From NCBI GenBank assembly GCA_019187195.1, contig JABAQT010000030.1, positions 31,677-95,676 of the forward strand: a stretch of DNA of 64,000 nt. Direction: 5' to 3'. Made by a program: the position numbers and the translations under genes. The DNA is from Bryobacteraceae bacterium. GTDB taxonomy: Bacteria; Acidobacteriota; Terriglobia; Bryobacterales; Bryobacteraceae. Positions 18,471-27,766 of the stretch are shown here, piece by piece; the stretch's first letter is position 1; every line of letters begins with the position of its first letter. The notes under the pieces were generated by a model, which searched no databases, was not told where the DNA came from, and worked only from the letters and a program-made list of their open reading frames with translations.

Positions 18471-19589
18471 TCAGGGTAGAGCGATGACTTCCATCGCGAA
18501 ACTGGCATCCTGAGAGGGCAGACCCTCGAATGGCAGCATCGTACTGGCCGGCGGCCTCTTCTTATCCAGAAACTCAAAGCGGATTTGACGGATTTTCGCA
18601 ACCATCGATTGCGTCAGCGGATAATAGTTGGTCATCGCGGTGTTCGCCAGTGTCGCGCCCGCCTGTTCCACGGCCTTTCGCAACCGCTCGAACGCCAGCC
18701 GCACGTCCGCATCCTGGCTATTGAATGCCAGTTGCATACCACTGATGACCGCCTTCGGAGCATTCATCAGCATCACCTGCGAATAGTTGGGGGAAGCACT
18801 AAGCTCCGGAGGATTCACCGGTTCGAGGGGAGCGGCGGGAGGCCGCGACGCGCGCCCGACGGCCTCGCACTCCACCAATCCCTGGCTCAACCCGCGCAGC
18901 GTCTGTACAATGGTCAGCGCCGCGTTCGGAAACTCCCGCGCCAGGCTCTGGCGAATGTCCGCATAGTCACCCAGCGTGCTCACGAAACAAGTGGCGCGCA
19001 GAACGCCCGGCCCTTCGAGGTTCACTCCCCGCAACGCGGCGCGCAACTGAGCCAAGGACTGTTGGAAGAGCGGTCCGATCTTTTCGAGAGCCTCCTTTGA
19101 AGTCACCCGCTGCCCGGAAAAGAAGGCTAGACCGTTCGGATTCACCGCCTTTTTCTCCACTGTCGTCGCCTCGAGCAGAACCTGCGCGCCATCCTGCGCC
19201 AGAGCGCCCACCTGAATGGTGGTGAGCGCCGGCAAGGGCTGCTTCCAATCGGCGAACTGGTCACTAACAATCGCCTGCACCCGCCGCAAATCTCCGGTGC
19301 CCGCCACGAATGCCCGTATCTTGACGATGGCTGCCCCGCGCGCCAGTTTCCGCAGACTCTTCAACCCATCCCGCACCTGCTGCGAGAGCAGGCCCTTGGA
19401 TGTCAAAGGAGCCGTCAGAAAGCCCAGCCGCTGCGGCGCCACGGCAACCGCCTGCGGCGGATCCTTCGGCAGTTCCAATGTCTGTGTCTCTTCTTCCTCA
19501 TCGCTGTGTTTCTTCTTCTGCGCCTGGAGGATCTCCAGGCTGAGAGTGAAAACCAGGGCAGGAATCAGGAGAGTGCGCCAAAATCTCAT
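18471..19589 (-). CDS. Secreted tandem RidA/YjgF/UK114-family protein
   Basis: Start taken at 'MRFWRTLLIPALVFTLSLEILQAQ' (signal). There are two RidA-like halves, the second ending 'ASFAMEVIALP'. Confidence 0.55.
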   Translation of the reverse strand: MRFWRTLLIPALVFTLSLEILQAQKKKHSDEEEETQTLELPKDPPQAVAVAPQRLGFLTAPLTSKGLLSQQVRDGLKSLRKLARGAAIVKIRAFVAGTGDLRRVQAIVSDQFADWKQPLPALTTIQVGALAQDGAQVLLEATTVEKKAVNPNGLAFFSGQRVTSKEALEKIGPLFQQSLAQLRAALRGVNLEGPGVLRATCFVSTLGDYADIRQSLAREFPNAALTIVQTLRGLSQGLVECEAVGRASRPPAAPLEPVNPPELSASPNYSQVMLMNAPKAVISGMQLAFNSQDADVRLAFERLRKAVEQAGATLANTAMTNYYPLTQSMVAKIRQIRFEFLDKKRPPASTMLPFEGLPSQDASFAMEVIALP

Positions 19590-19650
19590 CGCGTGAACAA
19601 ATTGTATCAAGGGAGTCGAGACCGGGTGGGTGGCCGCGTATTGTTTCCTT

Positions 19651-19683
19651 GCCATATTGGCTTGATTGGATTAATCCAATATG
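19651..19683. promoter_or_regulatory. Palindromic operator-like element upstream of pdxR
   Basis: Perfect 16-bp palindrome ATTGGATTAATCCAAT (19664-19679), flanked by CCATATTGG and CCAATATGG. It lies in the divergent intergenic region. Confidence 0.4.
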
Positions 19684-19704
19684 GTACGGTAGTCGTTGCC
19701 CGCC

Positions 19705-21177
19705 ATGTTACCTGCTATCGCGCTCGACTCCGGGTCGGATACGCCGCTCTACCGCCAACTGTTCGAGCAGATGCGCGATCATATCCAATCCGGACGTATT
19801 CCCCGCGGAGAACGTTTACCCGCGACTCGCGAATTGGCTGGTATGCTTGGACTGAACCGCGCCACTGTTTCAGCCGCTTATGAGTTGCTGGAAAATGAAG
19901 GCTTGCTGAAAGGTCACGTTGGCCGCGGGACTTTTGTTGAAGGCTCCGGAGAGCCGGCGAGCCGCATCGCCTGGGAAGATCTGGAACCTGCCATCGGAGC
20001 TTCGTCGCCGGCCTTGTCGCTCGGCAGCGGGGGTATCAGCTTCGCCAGCAGCCGCCCGGACAACGATCTGTTCCCCATGGCCGAGTTTCGCTCGACATGC
20101 GAGGAAGTGATTCACGGGGACGCCGCCGCCGCCATTCTCCAGCTTGGGTCGCCCGCCGGCTACCAGCCACTGCGCCAGTATCTTCTCGAGGAAGCGCGGC
20201 GCGACGGCCTGGCGGGCCCGATGGACGACATCCTCATTACCAGCGGTTGCCAGCAGGCGCTCGATCTGATGCAGAGGGCCCTTATGCGCCCGGGCGATTG
20301 CGCCGCAATCGAGGATCCTGTCTATCCCGGCCTGCGCGGCGTGTTTGCCACCGCCGGCGCCCGGCTTGTTGGGGTTCCCGTTGGCGCTAACGGCATCGGG
20401 ATCGACGCTCTCGAGCGCGTCATCGGCATCGAGCGGCCGCGCCTGCTCGTGGTGACACCGAATTTTCAGAATCCCACCGGAGCCACTCTGCCGCTATCCG
20501 CCAGACAGTCCATTCTGCGGTTGGCGCGCGAGGCGGGAGTCGTGCTGATGGAACACGACATCTACGGACAACTCCGGTACGAAGGCGACCCACAGCCCCC
20601 CCTGAAGCAACTGGACGGCTCGGAAGACGTCATCTCAATCGGTTCTTTTTCCAAGATCGCTTTTCCCGGCCTGCGTGTCGGCTGGGTGATCGGTCCCCGC
20701 GCCTTGATCCGGAGACTGGCCGCGGCCAAGCAGTACTGCGATCTGCACAGCGACCATCTGTCTCAGGCCGTGTTGTTCCGCTTCGCCGAATCGGGCCGCC
20801 TGGCCGCGCACCGCGCCCGCATTCTGGAAGCCGGCGCGCAACGGCTCTCCGCCATGCTTTCAGCCTGTGGCCGGTACCTGCCCGAAGGCAGCCGTTTCAC
20901 CCGCCCACAGGGCGGCATGAACCTCTGGGTGCGCCTGCCTGAACCCCTGGATGCTGCGGAACTCCTGCCCCGCGCCGAGCGCGCCAACGTGAACTATCTG
21001 CCGGGGAAGTATTTCGCCGTCTCGCGCGTCGAACAGGGCGGCTTGCGTTTGAGTTTTGCCGGGTTGGATCCCGCGCGGATTCGCGAGGGTGTCTCGATCC
21101 TGGGGAGAGTGTTCAGCGAGGAGTTGGAGCGGGTGCGCGCGGTAAGTGGCATGACTCCATCTCCCGCGCTGGTTTAG
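19705..21177 (+). CDS. pdxR: MocR/PdxR-type regulator (GntR wHTH fused to a fold-type I aminotransferase-like domain)
   Basis: 'PLYRQLFEQMRDHIQSGRIPRGERLPATRELAGMLGLNRATVSAAYELLENEGLL' and the PLP-lysine motif 'SFSKIAFPGLRVGW'. It lies immediately upstream of pdxST. An alternative TTG start exists at 19696. Confidence 0.8.
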   Translation: MLPAIALDSGSDTPLYRQLFEQMRDHIQSGRIPRGERLPATRELAGMLGLNRATVSAAYELLENEGLLKGHVGRGTFVEGSGEPASRIAWEDLEPAIGASSPALSLGSGGISFASSRPDNDLFPMAEFRSTCEEVIHGDAAAAILQLGSPAGYQPLRQYLLEEARRDGLAGPMDDILITSGCQQALDLMQRALMRPGDCAAIEDPVYPGLRGVFATAGARLVGVPVGANGIGIDALERVIGIERPRLLVVTPNFQNPTGATLPLSARQSILRLAREAGVVLMEHDIYGQLRYEGDPQPPLKQLDGSEDVISIGSFSKIAFPGLRVGWVIGPRALIRRLAAAKQYCDLHSDHLSQAVLFRFAESGRLAAHRARILEAGAQRLSAMLSACGRYLPEGSRFTRPQGGMNLWVRLPEPLDAAELLPRAERANVNYLPGKYFAVSRVEQGGLRLSFAGLDPARIREGVSILGRVFSEELERVRAVSGMTPSPALV

Positions 21178-21208
21178 CATTTGGGAGAGAATTGCGAGGA
21201 GGTAGCGA

Positions 21209-22096
21209 ATGAATTACATGGATGAACAATTCAGGCTCAAGGTGGGCCTGGCGGAGATGCTGAAGGGCGGCGTCATCATGGATGTCACCAACGCCGAACA
21301 GGCGGTGATTGCTGAAAAGGCTGGGGCCGCCGCCGTAATGGCTCTTGAACGCGTGCCCGCCGATATCCGCAAGGAAGGCGGCGTCGCCCGCATGGCGCCC
21401 ATCAGCAAGATCCGCGAAATCATGGCGGCCGTCAGCATTCCCGTAATGGCAAAGGCCCGCATCGGCCATTTCATGGAAGCTGACATCCTGGAAGCGCTGA
21501 AGGTGGATTATATCGACGAGAGCGAAGTGCTTACCCCCGCCGACGAGGAGCACCACATTGATAAACGCCGCTTCAAGACGCCGTTTGTCTGCGGAGCCCG
21601 CAATCTCGGTGAAGCGCTCCGCCGCATCGCCGAAGGAGCCGCGATGATCCGCACCAAGGGCGAAGCCGGCTCGGGCAACATCGTGGAAGCCGTCCGCCAT
21701 ATGCGAACCATTCAGAAGGAGATGCGCCAGTTGACGGTGCTCGGCAAGGAGGAACTGGTGGCGGAATCGAAAAAGCACCAGGCTCCTCTCGAACTGGTCG
21801 AATATGTCGCCGCGCACGGCAAACTACCCGTCCCGAATTTCTCGGCCGGCGGCATCGCCACGCCCGCCGATGCCGCACTGGTGATGCACCTCGGCGCGGA
21901 AGCCGTGTTCGTCGGCTCCGGCATCTTCAAGTCCGATGATCCCGAGCGCCGCGCCAAGGCCATCGTGAAAGCCGCCACGTACTTCAAGGACCCGCAGAAG
22001 CTGCTCGAGGCGAGCGAGGAACTGGGTATCGGGATGTTCGGCATCGACGTCGCCAAGCTGCCCGAAAGCGAACTGCTTCAGACGCGAGGCTGGTAG
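21209..22096 (+). CDS. pdxS: Pyridoxal 5'-phosphate synthase lyase subunit PdxS
   Basis: '[42 protein letters not shown]', '[10 protein letters not shown]' and '[18 protein letters not shown]'. Confidence 0.95.
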   Translation: MNYMDEQFRLKVGLAEMLKGGVIMDVTNAEQAVIAEKAGAAAVMALERVPADIRKEGGVARMAPISKIREIMAAVSIPVMAKARIGHFMEADILEALKVDYIDESEVLTPADEEHHIDKRRFKTPFVCGARNLGEALRRIAEGAAMIRTKGEAGSGNIVEAVRHMRTIQKEMRQLTVLGKEELVAESKKHQAPLELVEYVAAHGKLPVPNFSAGGIATPADAALVMHLGAEAVFVGSGIFKSDDPERRAKAIVKAATYFKDPQKLLEASEELGIGMFGIDVAKLPESELLQTRGW

Positions 22097-22099
22097 CCG

Positions 22100-22666
22100 G
22101 TGAAGATCGGCGTGCTGGCCCTGCAGGGCGATTTCGAGGCTCACCGCAAAGCGCTCGAACGCGCCGGCGCGGAAGCGGTGGAAGTACGCTCGGCGAAGGA
22201 TCTCGAGGGCATCGATGGTCTTGTGATCCCCGGCGGCGAAAGCACCACCATGCTCAAACTGCTCCGCGCCGAGGGTCTCTTCGAGCCCCTCGCGGAGTTC
22301 GGCCGGCGCAAGCCGATTCTCGGCACTTGCGCCGGAGCGATCCTGCTGGCGCGCGAGGTGCAATCCCCGTGCCAGGAATCGCTGGGCCTGATGAACTTCA
22401 CCGTCGAGCGCAACGCCTATGGCCGTCAGATCGACAGCCGGATTGTGCAGTTGCGCGGCGGCGAATTTTCCGAACCCCTGGAGGCGGTGTTTATTCGCGC
22501 TCCCATCATCCGCGACGTCGGTCCGGATGCTCGTGTCCTCATCGAGTATAACGGAGATCCCGTGCTGGTCGAGCAGGGCAAGCACATGGTGGCTACCTTT
22601 CATCCGGAACTAACCGCGGATCCCCGCATACACAGCCGGTTCCTCGAAAAGGTGAGGAAAGGCTGA
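22100..22666 (+). CDS. pdxT: Pyridoxal 5'-phosphate synthase glutaminase subunit PdxT
   Basis: GTG start; 'KIGVLALQGDFEAH', 'LVIPGGESTTM', 'GTCAGAILLA' and 'TFHPELT'. Confidence 0.93.
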   Translation: MKIGVLALQGDFEAHRKALERAGAEAVEVRSAKDLEGIDGLVIPGGESTTMLKLLRAEGLFEPLAEFGRRKPILGTCAGAILLAREVQSPCQESLGLMNFTVERNAYGRQIDSRIVQLRGGEFSEPLEAVFIRAPIIRDVGPDARVLIEYNGDPVLVEQGKHMVATFHPELTADPRIHSRFLEKVRKG

Positions 22667-22677
22667 CCCGCTTACCG

Positions 22678-23142
22678 ATGGAACGTCCTTTTCGCGTCCT
22701 CTTTGTATGCCTTGGCAACGCCATCCGCAGCCAGATGGCCGAGGGTTTCGCCCGGCGGTACGGACAGGACGTGATGATCGCCCGCAGCGCCGGTCTCACC
22801 CCCGCGAGCCGGGTAATGCCACTGACGCGCAAGGTGATGGAGGAGAAGAATATCGACCTCGAGGACGCTTATCCGAAGCCCATCGCCGACCATGGCAGCG
22901 AGCCCTTTGACCTGGTGGTGAACATCAGCGGCATCCCTCTTCCAGCGGTCCAGGCTCCCGTCCGCGAGTGGACCGTCAAGGATCCAATGGGCGGCAGGGA
23001 AGAAGCCTACCGCCGTGCCGCCGGGCAGATCGAGCGCCTGGTGATGGACCTCATCCTCGAACTTCGCCGCCTGCGGAAGAAGTGGGCCGATGAGTTCCAG
23101 GATCGAGGTCCTAGCCCACGGGGAGAAGCAAGATCCAGTTGA
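22678..23142 (+). CDS. Low-molecular-weight phosphotyrosine phosphatase/ArsC-like protein
   Basis: CX5R(S) active-site loop 'VLFVCLGNAIRSQMAEG'. Confidence 0.75.
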   Translation: MERPFRVLFVCLGNAIRSQMAEGFARRYGQDVMIARSAGLTPASRVMPLTRKVMEEKNIDLEDAYPKPIADHGSEPFDLVVNISGIPLPAVQAPVREWTVKDPMGGREEAYRRAAGQIERLVMDLILELRRLRKKWADEFQDRGPSPRGEARSS

Positions 23143-23187
23143 CTCGGTCTTGGGGATAAGTGAGAATTAGAGTTTGCCCACCGACGT

Positions 23188-23274
23188 GCGGATGTGGCGG
23201 AATTGGCAGACGCGCTAGATTCAGGTTCTAGTTCTCGCAAGGGAGTGGAGGTTCAAGTCCTCTCATCCGCACCA
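23188..23274 (+). tRNA. tRNA-Leu (anticodon CAG), class II with long variable arm, CCA encoded
   Basis: Hand-folded: acceptor GCGGATG/CATCCGC, anticodon stem CTAGA/TCTAG, loop TTCAGGT, T-loop TTCAAGT, 87 nt. Confidence 0.9.
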
Positions 23275-23563
23275 ATAGAATCAACTAGTTACAAGGACTC
23301 TCCCAATCCAAGTTGTGGACGAATCTTTTTTAGACCTCATTTTAGACCGTATCCCGCTCGGGATCGCCCCAGACCAGCCCCAGTCGTTACGGACCGCTTG
23401 GGGACCGTGTAACTACCCTGGAATAAAAGCAAGAGCCGCTGGATTCCTCGGCTCCACCGCAGTAACGCTGTAGTATCGCCGCCTGCGAGGCTACGCCGAC
23501 ATGGTCTACACGATCATAAGCGGACTACCAGAGCAGCCGCGCCTGATGTGACTGTGGGCTGCG

Positions 23564-24105
23564 TCAGTCTCCGGTTCGCAAGAGTTCGACGAACGCGGGG
23601 ACAGATTGTGCCAGCCGCTCCAGCAACTCTTCGAGGCCGAAGCCAATGGCATCGGCCTGTTCCCGAAGGCAGGAATCGACTGCTGTTCGATCGAGTTTCC
23701 ACAGGGTCTTCAGGAAGGCCGACGGTCCGACAATCGTTGTGAGATCACTAGCCGTCGCGGGGAAATCCCGAAGATTAAATGTGACCAAGTAGTCGGCCTT
23801 GCAGGCGAGTGCCGCAGCCAGAACATGACGGTCTTTCGGATGATTGCCCATTTGGTTGATAAGGGCTGGTAGCCATATACCAGCGCATGTGGGAAGAATT
23901 TGCGCATTGCCGCCTCTCGGTACCAGGCGTTTGCCGGGGTCTTGGCAAAGCGCCGCACGAGCGTGCGGCTCATTTCGACCAGAATGTCTTCCGACCAGCG
24001 GGCATCAAAGACAGCGGGCGGTTCGGCGAGCCGCAATAACGTATCGGCCAGCGGCATCGGAACGAGAACGCAGGCATCCAACAGAGCAACGGGCCGGTGT
24101 TTCAT
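23564..24105 (-). pseudogene. PIN-domain toxin (VapC-like), disrupted by a 1-nt frameshift
   Basis: ORF 24105-23710 gives 'MKHRPVALLDACVLVPMPLADTLLRLAE...ALVYGYQPL'. Another frame continues 'INQMGNHPKDRHVLAAALACKADYLVTFNLRDFP' (23851-23564). The frames join near 23858-23865. Confidence 0.7.
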
Positions 24106-24111
24106 CCAGCC

Positions 24112-24567
24112 CTACTCGTCGCGGCCGCCCTTGGGAATGCCCGCCGACTTGTCGTAGAGTCCGGCCGCATGTGCATCGCGCGCCATCTTGTCGAGCGCCG
24201 CTTTCCGATCGGACTTTCGCTTTGAGTAGTCGATCAGATCGCTCACCTTAATGCGGCGATGCTTCCCGACAAGGCTGAACGGCATTTCGCCTGCGTCGAG
24301 CAGCCGTATCAAGAACGGCCGCGATACGCCGAGCAACTCGCCCGCTTGCTGCGTCGTGAGTTGTTTCTCTTCAGGTATTAGCACCAGCGAGCGACCTTGC
24401 GTCAGGTTGCGAACAGCATCCTTCAGCAGTGAGTAGAGGGGCTCTGGGATGGTTAGGTTCTCGCCTTTGGACCCGGTGAGTTTCGCACGGCCGCGGCGCA
24501 GGAGACGTCCGACATCCTGGAGTTTCTCTGTGTCTTGCGGACGAATTGAAACAGCTTCGTGAACCAT
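24112..24567 (-). CDS. Excisionase-type helix-turn-helix antitoxin partner of the PIN toxin
   Basis: 'LTTQQAGELLGVSRPFLIRLLDAGEMPFSLVGKHRRIKVSDLIDY'. Its stop lies 7 bp upstream of the PIN start. Confidence 0.65.
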   Translation of the reverse strand: MVHEAVSIRPQDTEKLQDVGRLLRRGRAKLTGSKGENLTIPEPLYSLLKDAVRNLTQGRSLVLIPEEKQLTTQQAGELLGVSRPFLIRLLDAGEMPFSLVGKHRRIKVSDLIDYSKRKSDRKAALDKMARDAHAAGLYDKSAGIPKGGRDE

Positions 24568-24908
24568 AACCTGATCATACCACCTGTATTCGAATTATCC
24601 GTAATAGACGCAATACTGTTCACGTGGTCGCGAACCCTACGAAAGTCTCGACGGCCTCGATCTTGTTCGGATCGATCGACTTCCGTTTCGTTGCCCACGA
24701 AAGTCGTGATGCGGATGTTGGTCAGCGGCGTCCGAAACTTCACGTAGTTGGGACCGAACTTCGCGGTTGCGCACCATTTTTCAAGCGCGTGACCAGAGTA
24801 GGTGATGGACCGGATCGCCGTATCCGCTGGACCGAGTCCCCCTTCGCGACAGTGGCGATCGAGGCGCGGCTCCCGGCCGCGCATCCAGGTTTCTTACTTT
24901 CTGCTGTT

Positions 24909-24956
24909 CATTGGTCGGGGCGGGGCGATTTGAACGCCCGACCCCCTGCGCCCAAG
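24909..24956 (-). repeat. Duplicate of the 3' half of tRNA-Pro (att-like direct repeat)
   Basis: 24911-24956 is identical base for base to 27766-27811, and two further flanking bases also match. It covers the anticodon loop through CCA. Confidence 0.9.
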
Positions 24957-25175
24957 TCGGTGTCTCCTTGTTTCGAGTAAACTCCCTATTTTCAACCGAT
25001 TGTATCTAAAGTAGATCTGCGCGTTTCAGTTGTACTGCGTGGTTTCAAGCGGAACCGGGGGACTCGTACCCGCTACAGATTCATCTACTTTGAGCTTGAC
25101 TGCAGTGCATGCCCTAATAACGAAGCCGAACTGCTCGATTCGTTCAAAGCGCGAAGGTGATCGTAAGGCACCTGG

Positions 25176-26627
25176 GTGCCCGCCCGTGCCGAATGCGAGA
25201 CAATGAAGGTTCCCATCAGAGGTGGAATGGAACCCTATCAACGCTTCCATGTGACTGGTCGCTTTGTCTTCGATGGAGACAAAAGTGTTCTAACTCACGA
25301 CGTAGCAGTTCAGATAGAGCAGTCAGGCTCGGGCCGCACCTTTCTTTTGCACGAAGATACCGCTCCCTTCATGATGGCCCGCTTAATGATGCAATCGGGC
25401 AGTAGGTGCTCGTTCGTTGGAGTCACCAACTCTGGCTTGCCGGTAGAAACATCTACACTGATGCCGCACGCTGGCGGCTCCGCTGAGCAGGTATGTTACT
25501 TTCTCCAACGCGTTACGCTTGGAGATCTATCAAGTCCATATGACCACCTATGGTTGGCGCTGACAAACTTCGTGTTCGAGGGGGACGAGCCGGCCACGAT
25601 TACTTTCCGAGTTGAGTGCGACGGCAGGCTGGTAGCGCTTGAGCTATCACCCATAGATGACTACTGGACGGCTCACGCGCACCTCACCCGCTCGGCAAAT
25701 GCAACAGTTACCGCGAATCTCAAGCTCGGTGGTGATGCCGTCGGAAAAAACTCGCTTGATCTTCTGTTGAATGACGTCTGCGCCACATTGTCCTTGATCC
25801 AGGGCCGAAAAATTCAATGGATTTCTCGAACCGCCGTCGTCTCAGGCCGCACCACATGGGCAGACTTTGGTAGCACTAAGACGAAAGACTACACACATGG
25901 GCTTTTCTGCTTCAACCCGGATACCGGCCGGGGAATAAGCGTTCCGCTCTCTGCGTTTGAGACCTGCTTCCCTGTCGTGCAGGGCTTTCGAAGCTCGTAC
26001 GACGAGCACTATCGGATCATAAACTCGTGGCTTGATGCCCGTGTTCAGGCCGATTTCCTTGACGCGCGCACCTTGAAGTACGCGGTTGTCATGGAAGCAC
26101 TCTGTCGTTTTGTCGAGTCGAAGCACCCCAGTATAGACTCAACGTACTTTGGCCGAACGCCGTGGAGAGCTGCGGGAAAAGAGTTACTTCCAAAAATCAA
26201 GGAATACCTTGAGAGACTGAATCTAGGCGATGCGGATGCACGAGAGAGTGTGTGCAGTAGGGCAAGTTGGGGAAACCTGAATCGCAGAAGCTTTCGCTCC
26301 ATTCTTGCTGCGTGCCTGAAGGAGCTCGGAGTAACGTTGTATGCGGAGAGCAGGAGAATTCGACGTTTCACCGATGTGCGAAATAAGATCGTCCACTCGT
26401 TCACGTATCTGTCTGAAGAGGACCAGGCCGAATTTAACTGGCCCTCTGTGAGCGAGTCTCAGCAACACTTCCTCGTTGCATGTTTCGTCGACGAGGTTCT
26501 GCTGCGCCTCTTCGGCCTCGGTCACCTCGTAACAAACGCGTTGATAGATGAATTCGTCGCTCACTCGGAAGTTTGGTCCGCTGCTGCTCCACACACTGAG
26601 GCTATCTCCGCTTCGGGGTCTGAGTAA
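25176..26627 (+). CDS. Hypothetical protein with C-terminal HEPN-like RNxxxH motif (candidate ApeA-like defence/abortive-infection nuclease)
   Basis: This is the only long ORF in the AT-rich segment. The C-terminal helical region contains 'RRFTDVRNKIVHSFTY' (Rx4H). An alternative ATG start exists at 25203. No other domain was recognised. Confidence 0.55.
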   Translation: MPARAECETMKVPIRGGMEPYQRFHVTGRFVFDGDKSVLTHDVAVQIEQSGSGRTFLLHEDTAPFMMARLMMQSGSRCSFVGVTNSGLPVETSTLMPHAGGSAEQVCYFLQRVTLGDLSSPYDHLWLALTNFVFEGDEPATITFRVECDGRLVALELSPIDDYWTAHAHLTRSANATVTANLKLGGDAVGKNSLDLLLNDVCATLSLIQGRKIQWISRTAVVSGRTTWADFGSTKTKDYTHGLFCFNPDTGRGISVPLSAFETCFPVVQGFRSSYDEHYRIINSWLDARVQADFLDARTLKYAVVMEALCRFVESKHPSIDSTYFGRTPWRAAGKELLPKIKEYLERLNLGDADARESVCSRASWGNLNRRSFRSILAACLKELGVTLYAESRRIRRFTDVRNKIVHSFTYLSEEDQAEFNWPSVSESQQHFLVACFVDEVLLRLFGLGHLVTNALIDEFVAHSEVWSAAAPHTEAISASGSE

Positions 26628-26668
26628 AGACTGAACCTAACCACCTAACCTACCTAGGCTAGGCTAGA

Positions 26669-27442
26669 GTGCCGATGGCGGTATGGCAAATTCTTCTGGG
26701 AGTATGCCTGCTGCTGCTCTGGCAGGGGGGCGTCACCAGGGGATGGCTGGACAAGTTCTTTTTCAGCCGCCCGAGCGACGTGATGGAACGCGTGTGGAAG
26801 ATGTTCGCCGGCGGGACCGTCTGGGCGCACCCGGCGGTCACTCTCGTCGAGGCGGCGCTGTCGTTCAGCATTGGCGTACTCTTCGGGGTGACCTTCGGGT
26901 TTCTTCTGGCGCGGAACCGCTGGCTGGCGGCCCTGCTGGAGCCTTATGTCCGGGTGGCCAATGCGTTGCCGCGAGTGGTGCTGGCCCCGATTTTCCTGCT
27001 CTGGTTTGGACTGGGCATCTGGTCGAAGGTGGCGCGGGGAGTAACGGTGGTGTTCTTCATCGTCTTCTTCAACACCTACCGGGGGGTGAAGGAAGTGGAC
27101 ACCGTGCTCTTGAACAACGCGCGGATGCTGGGAGCGAGCGAGCGCGACCTGCTGCGGCACGTGCTGATCCCGAGCGCGATGACGTGGATCTTCTCGAGCC
27201 TCCACATCAGCATCGGATTCGCCATCATCGCGGTGGTTGTCGGCGAATATCTCGGAGCGTCGCGCGGGGTCGGCTACATGATCGCGCAAGCCGAGGGGGT
27301 CTTCGATACCACCGGAGTCTTTGCGGGCATGGCCGTCCTCGCCTGCGTGGTGCTGCTGGTTGGGGTGGGTGTGGGAAGGCTCGATCAGTGGCTGCTGCGC
27401 TGGAAGCCGGACCGCGAGCCATCCGCGCGTCAGATGGGATAG
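26669..27442 (+). CDS. ABC transporter permease, nitrate/sulfonate/taurine (SsuC/TauC-like) type, orphan
   Basis: Six hydrophobic segments; EAA-like loop 'NNARMLGASERDLLRHVLIPSAMTWIFSSL'. No ATPase or binding-protein gene is adjacent. Confidence 0.7.
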   Translation: MPMAVWQILLGVCLLLLWQGGVTRGWLDKFFFSRPSDVMERVWKMFAGGTVWAHPAVTLVEAALSFSIGVLFGVTFGFLLARNRWLAALLEPYVRVANALPRVVLAPIFLLWFGLGIWSKVARGVTVVFFIVFFNTYRGVKEVDTVLLNNARMLGASERDLLRHVLIPSAMTWIFSSLHISIGFAIIAVVVGEYLGASRGVGYMIAQAEGVFDTTGVFAGMAVLACVVLLVGVGVGRLDQWLLRWKPDREPSARQMG

Positions 27443-27766
27443 GGCGAGAAGGCGCGAGTGCTTCCGAGAAGACACGCGCGGTGATGGAACGTGCCGGAAT
27501 CCGGCCGAAACGTGGAAGTGGAGCACACTCCGCTCGCTTCCGGCGATGGGAGACCGCAGTGCGCGTGCGAAAGTTGGCCGGACAAACCCAATCAGGCATG
27601 CCACTCGACACAGCATGCCCCCGCGCCGCCTCTATCCGAGCAGCGGAGGGTAGCTCCTCACAGGCGCCGAAGGAAATCGAGGGATCGAAGGTCCTGCCCG
27701 GCGCGCAATGCATTGTGAAGAAATTGGTCCGATCCCATGCTTGGAGTTGTATCTCTATAATTCCAT

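Noticed and set aside
23275-23563. Possibility that tRNA-Leu(CAG) is itself an island integration site with a duplicated 3' end.
   Set aside because: I found no second copy of the tRNA-Leu 3' segment (…TCATCCGCACCA) downstream by eye. Only the tRNA-Pro fragment is duplicated.
23840-23870. Programmed ribosomal frameshift in the PIN gene.
   Set aside because: There is no slippery heptamer or downstream structure at the frame junction. A simple 1-nt deletion or sequencing error is more parsimonious.
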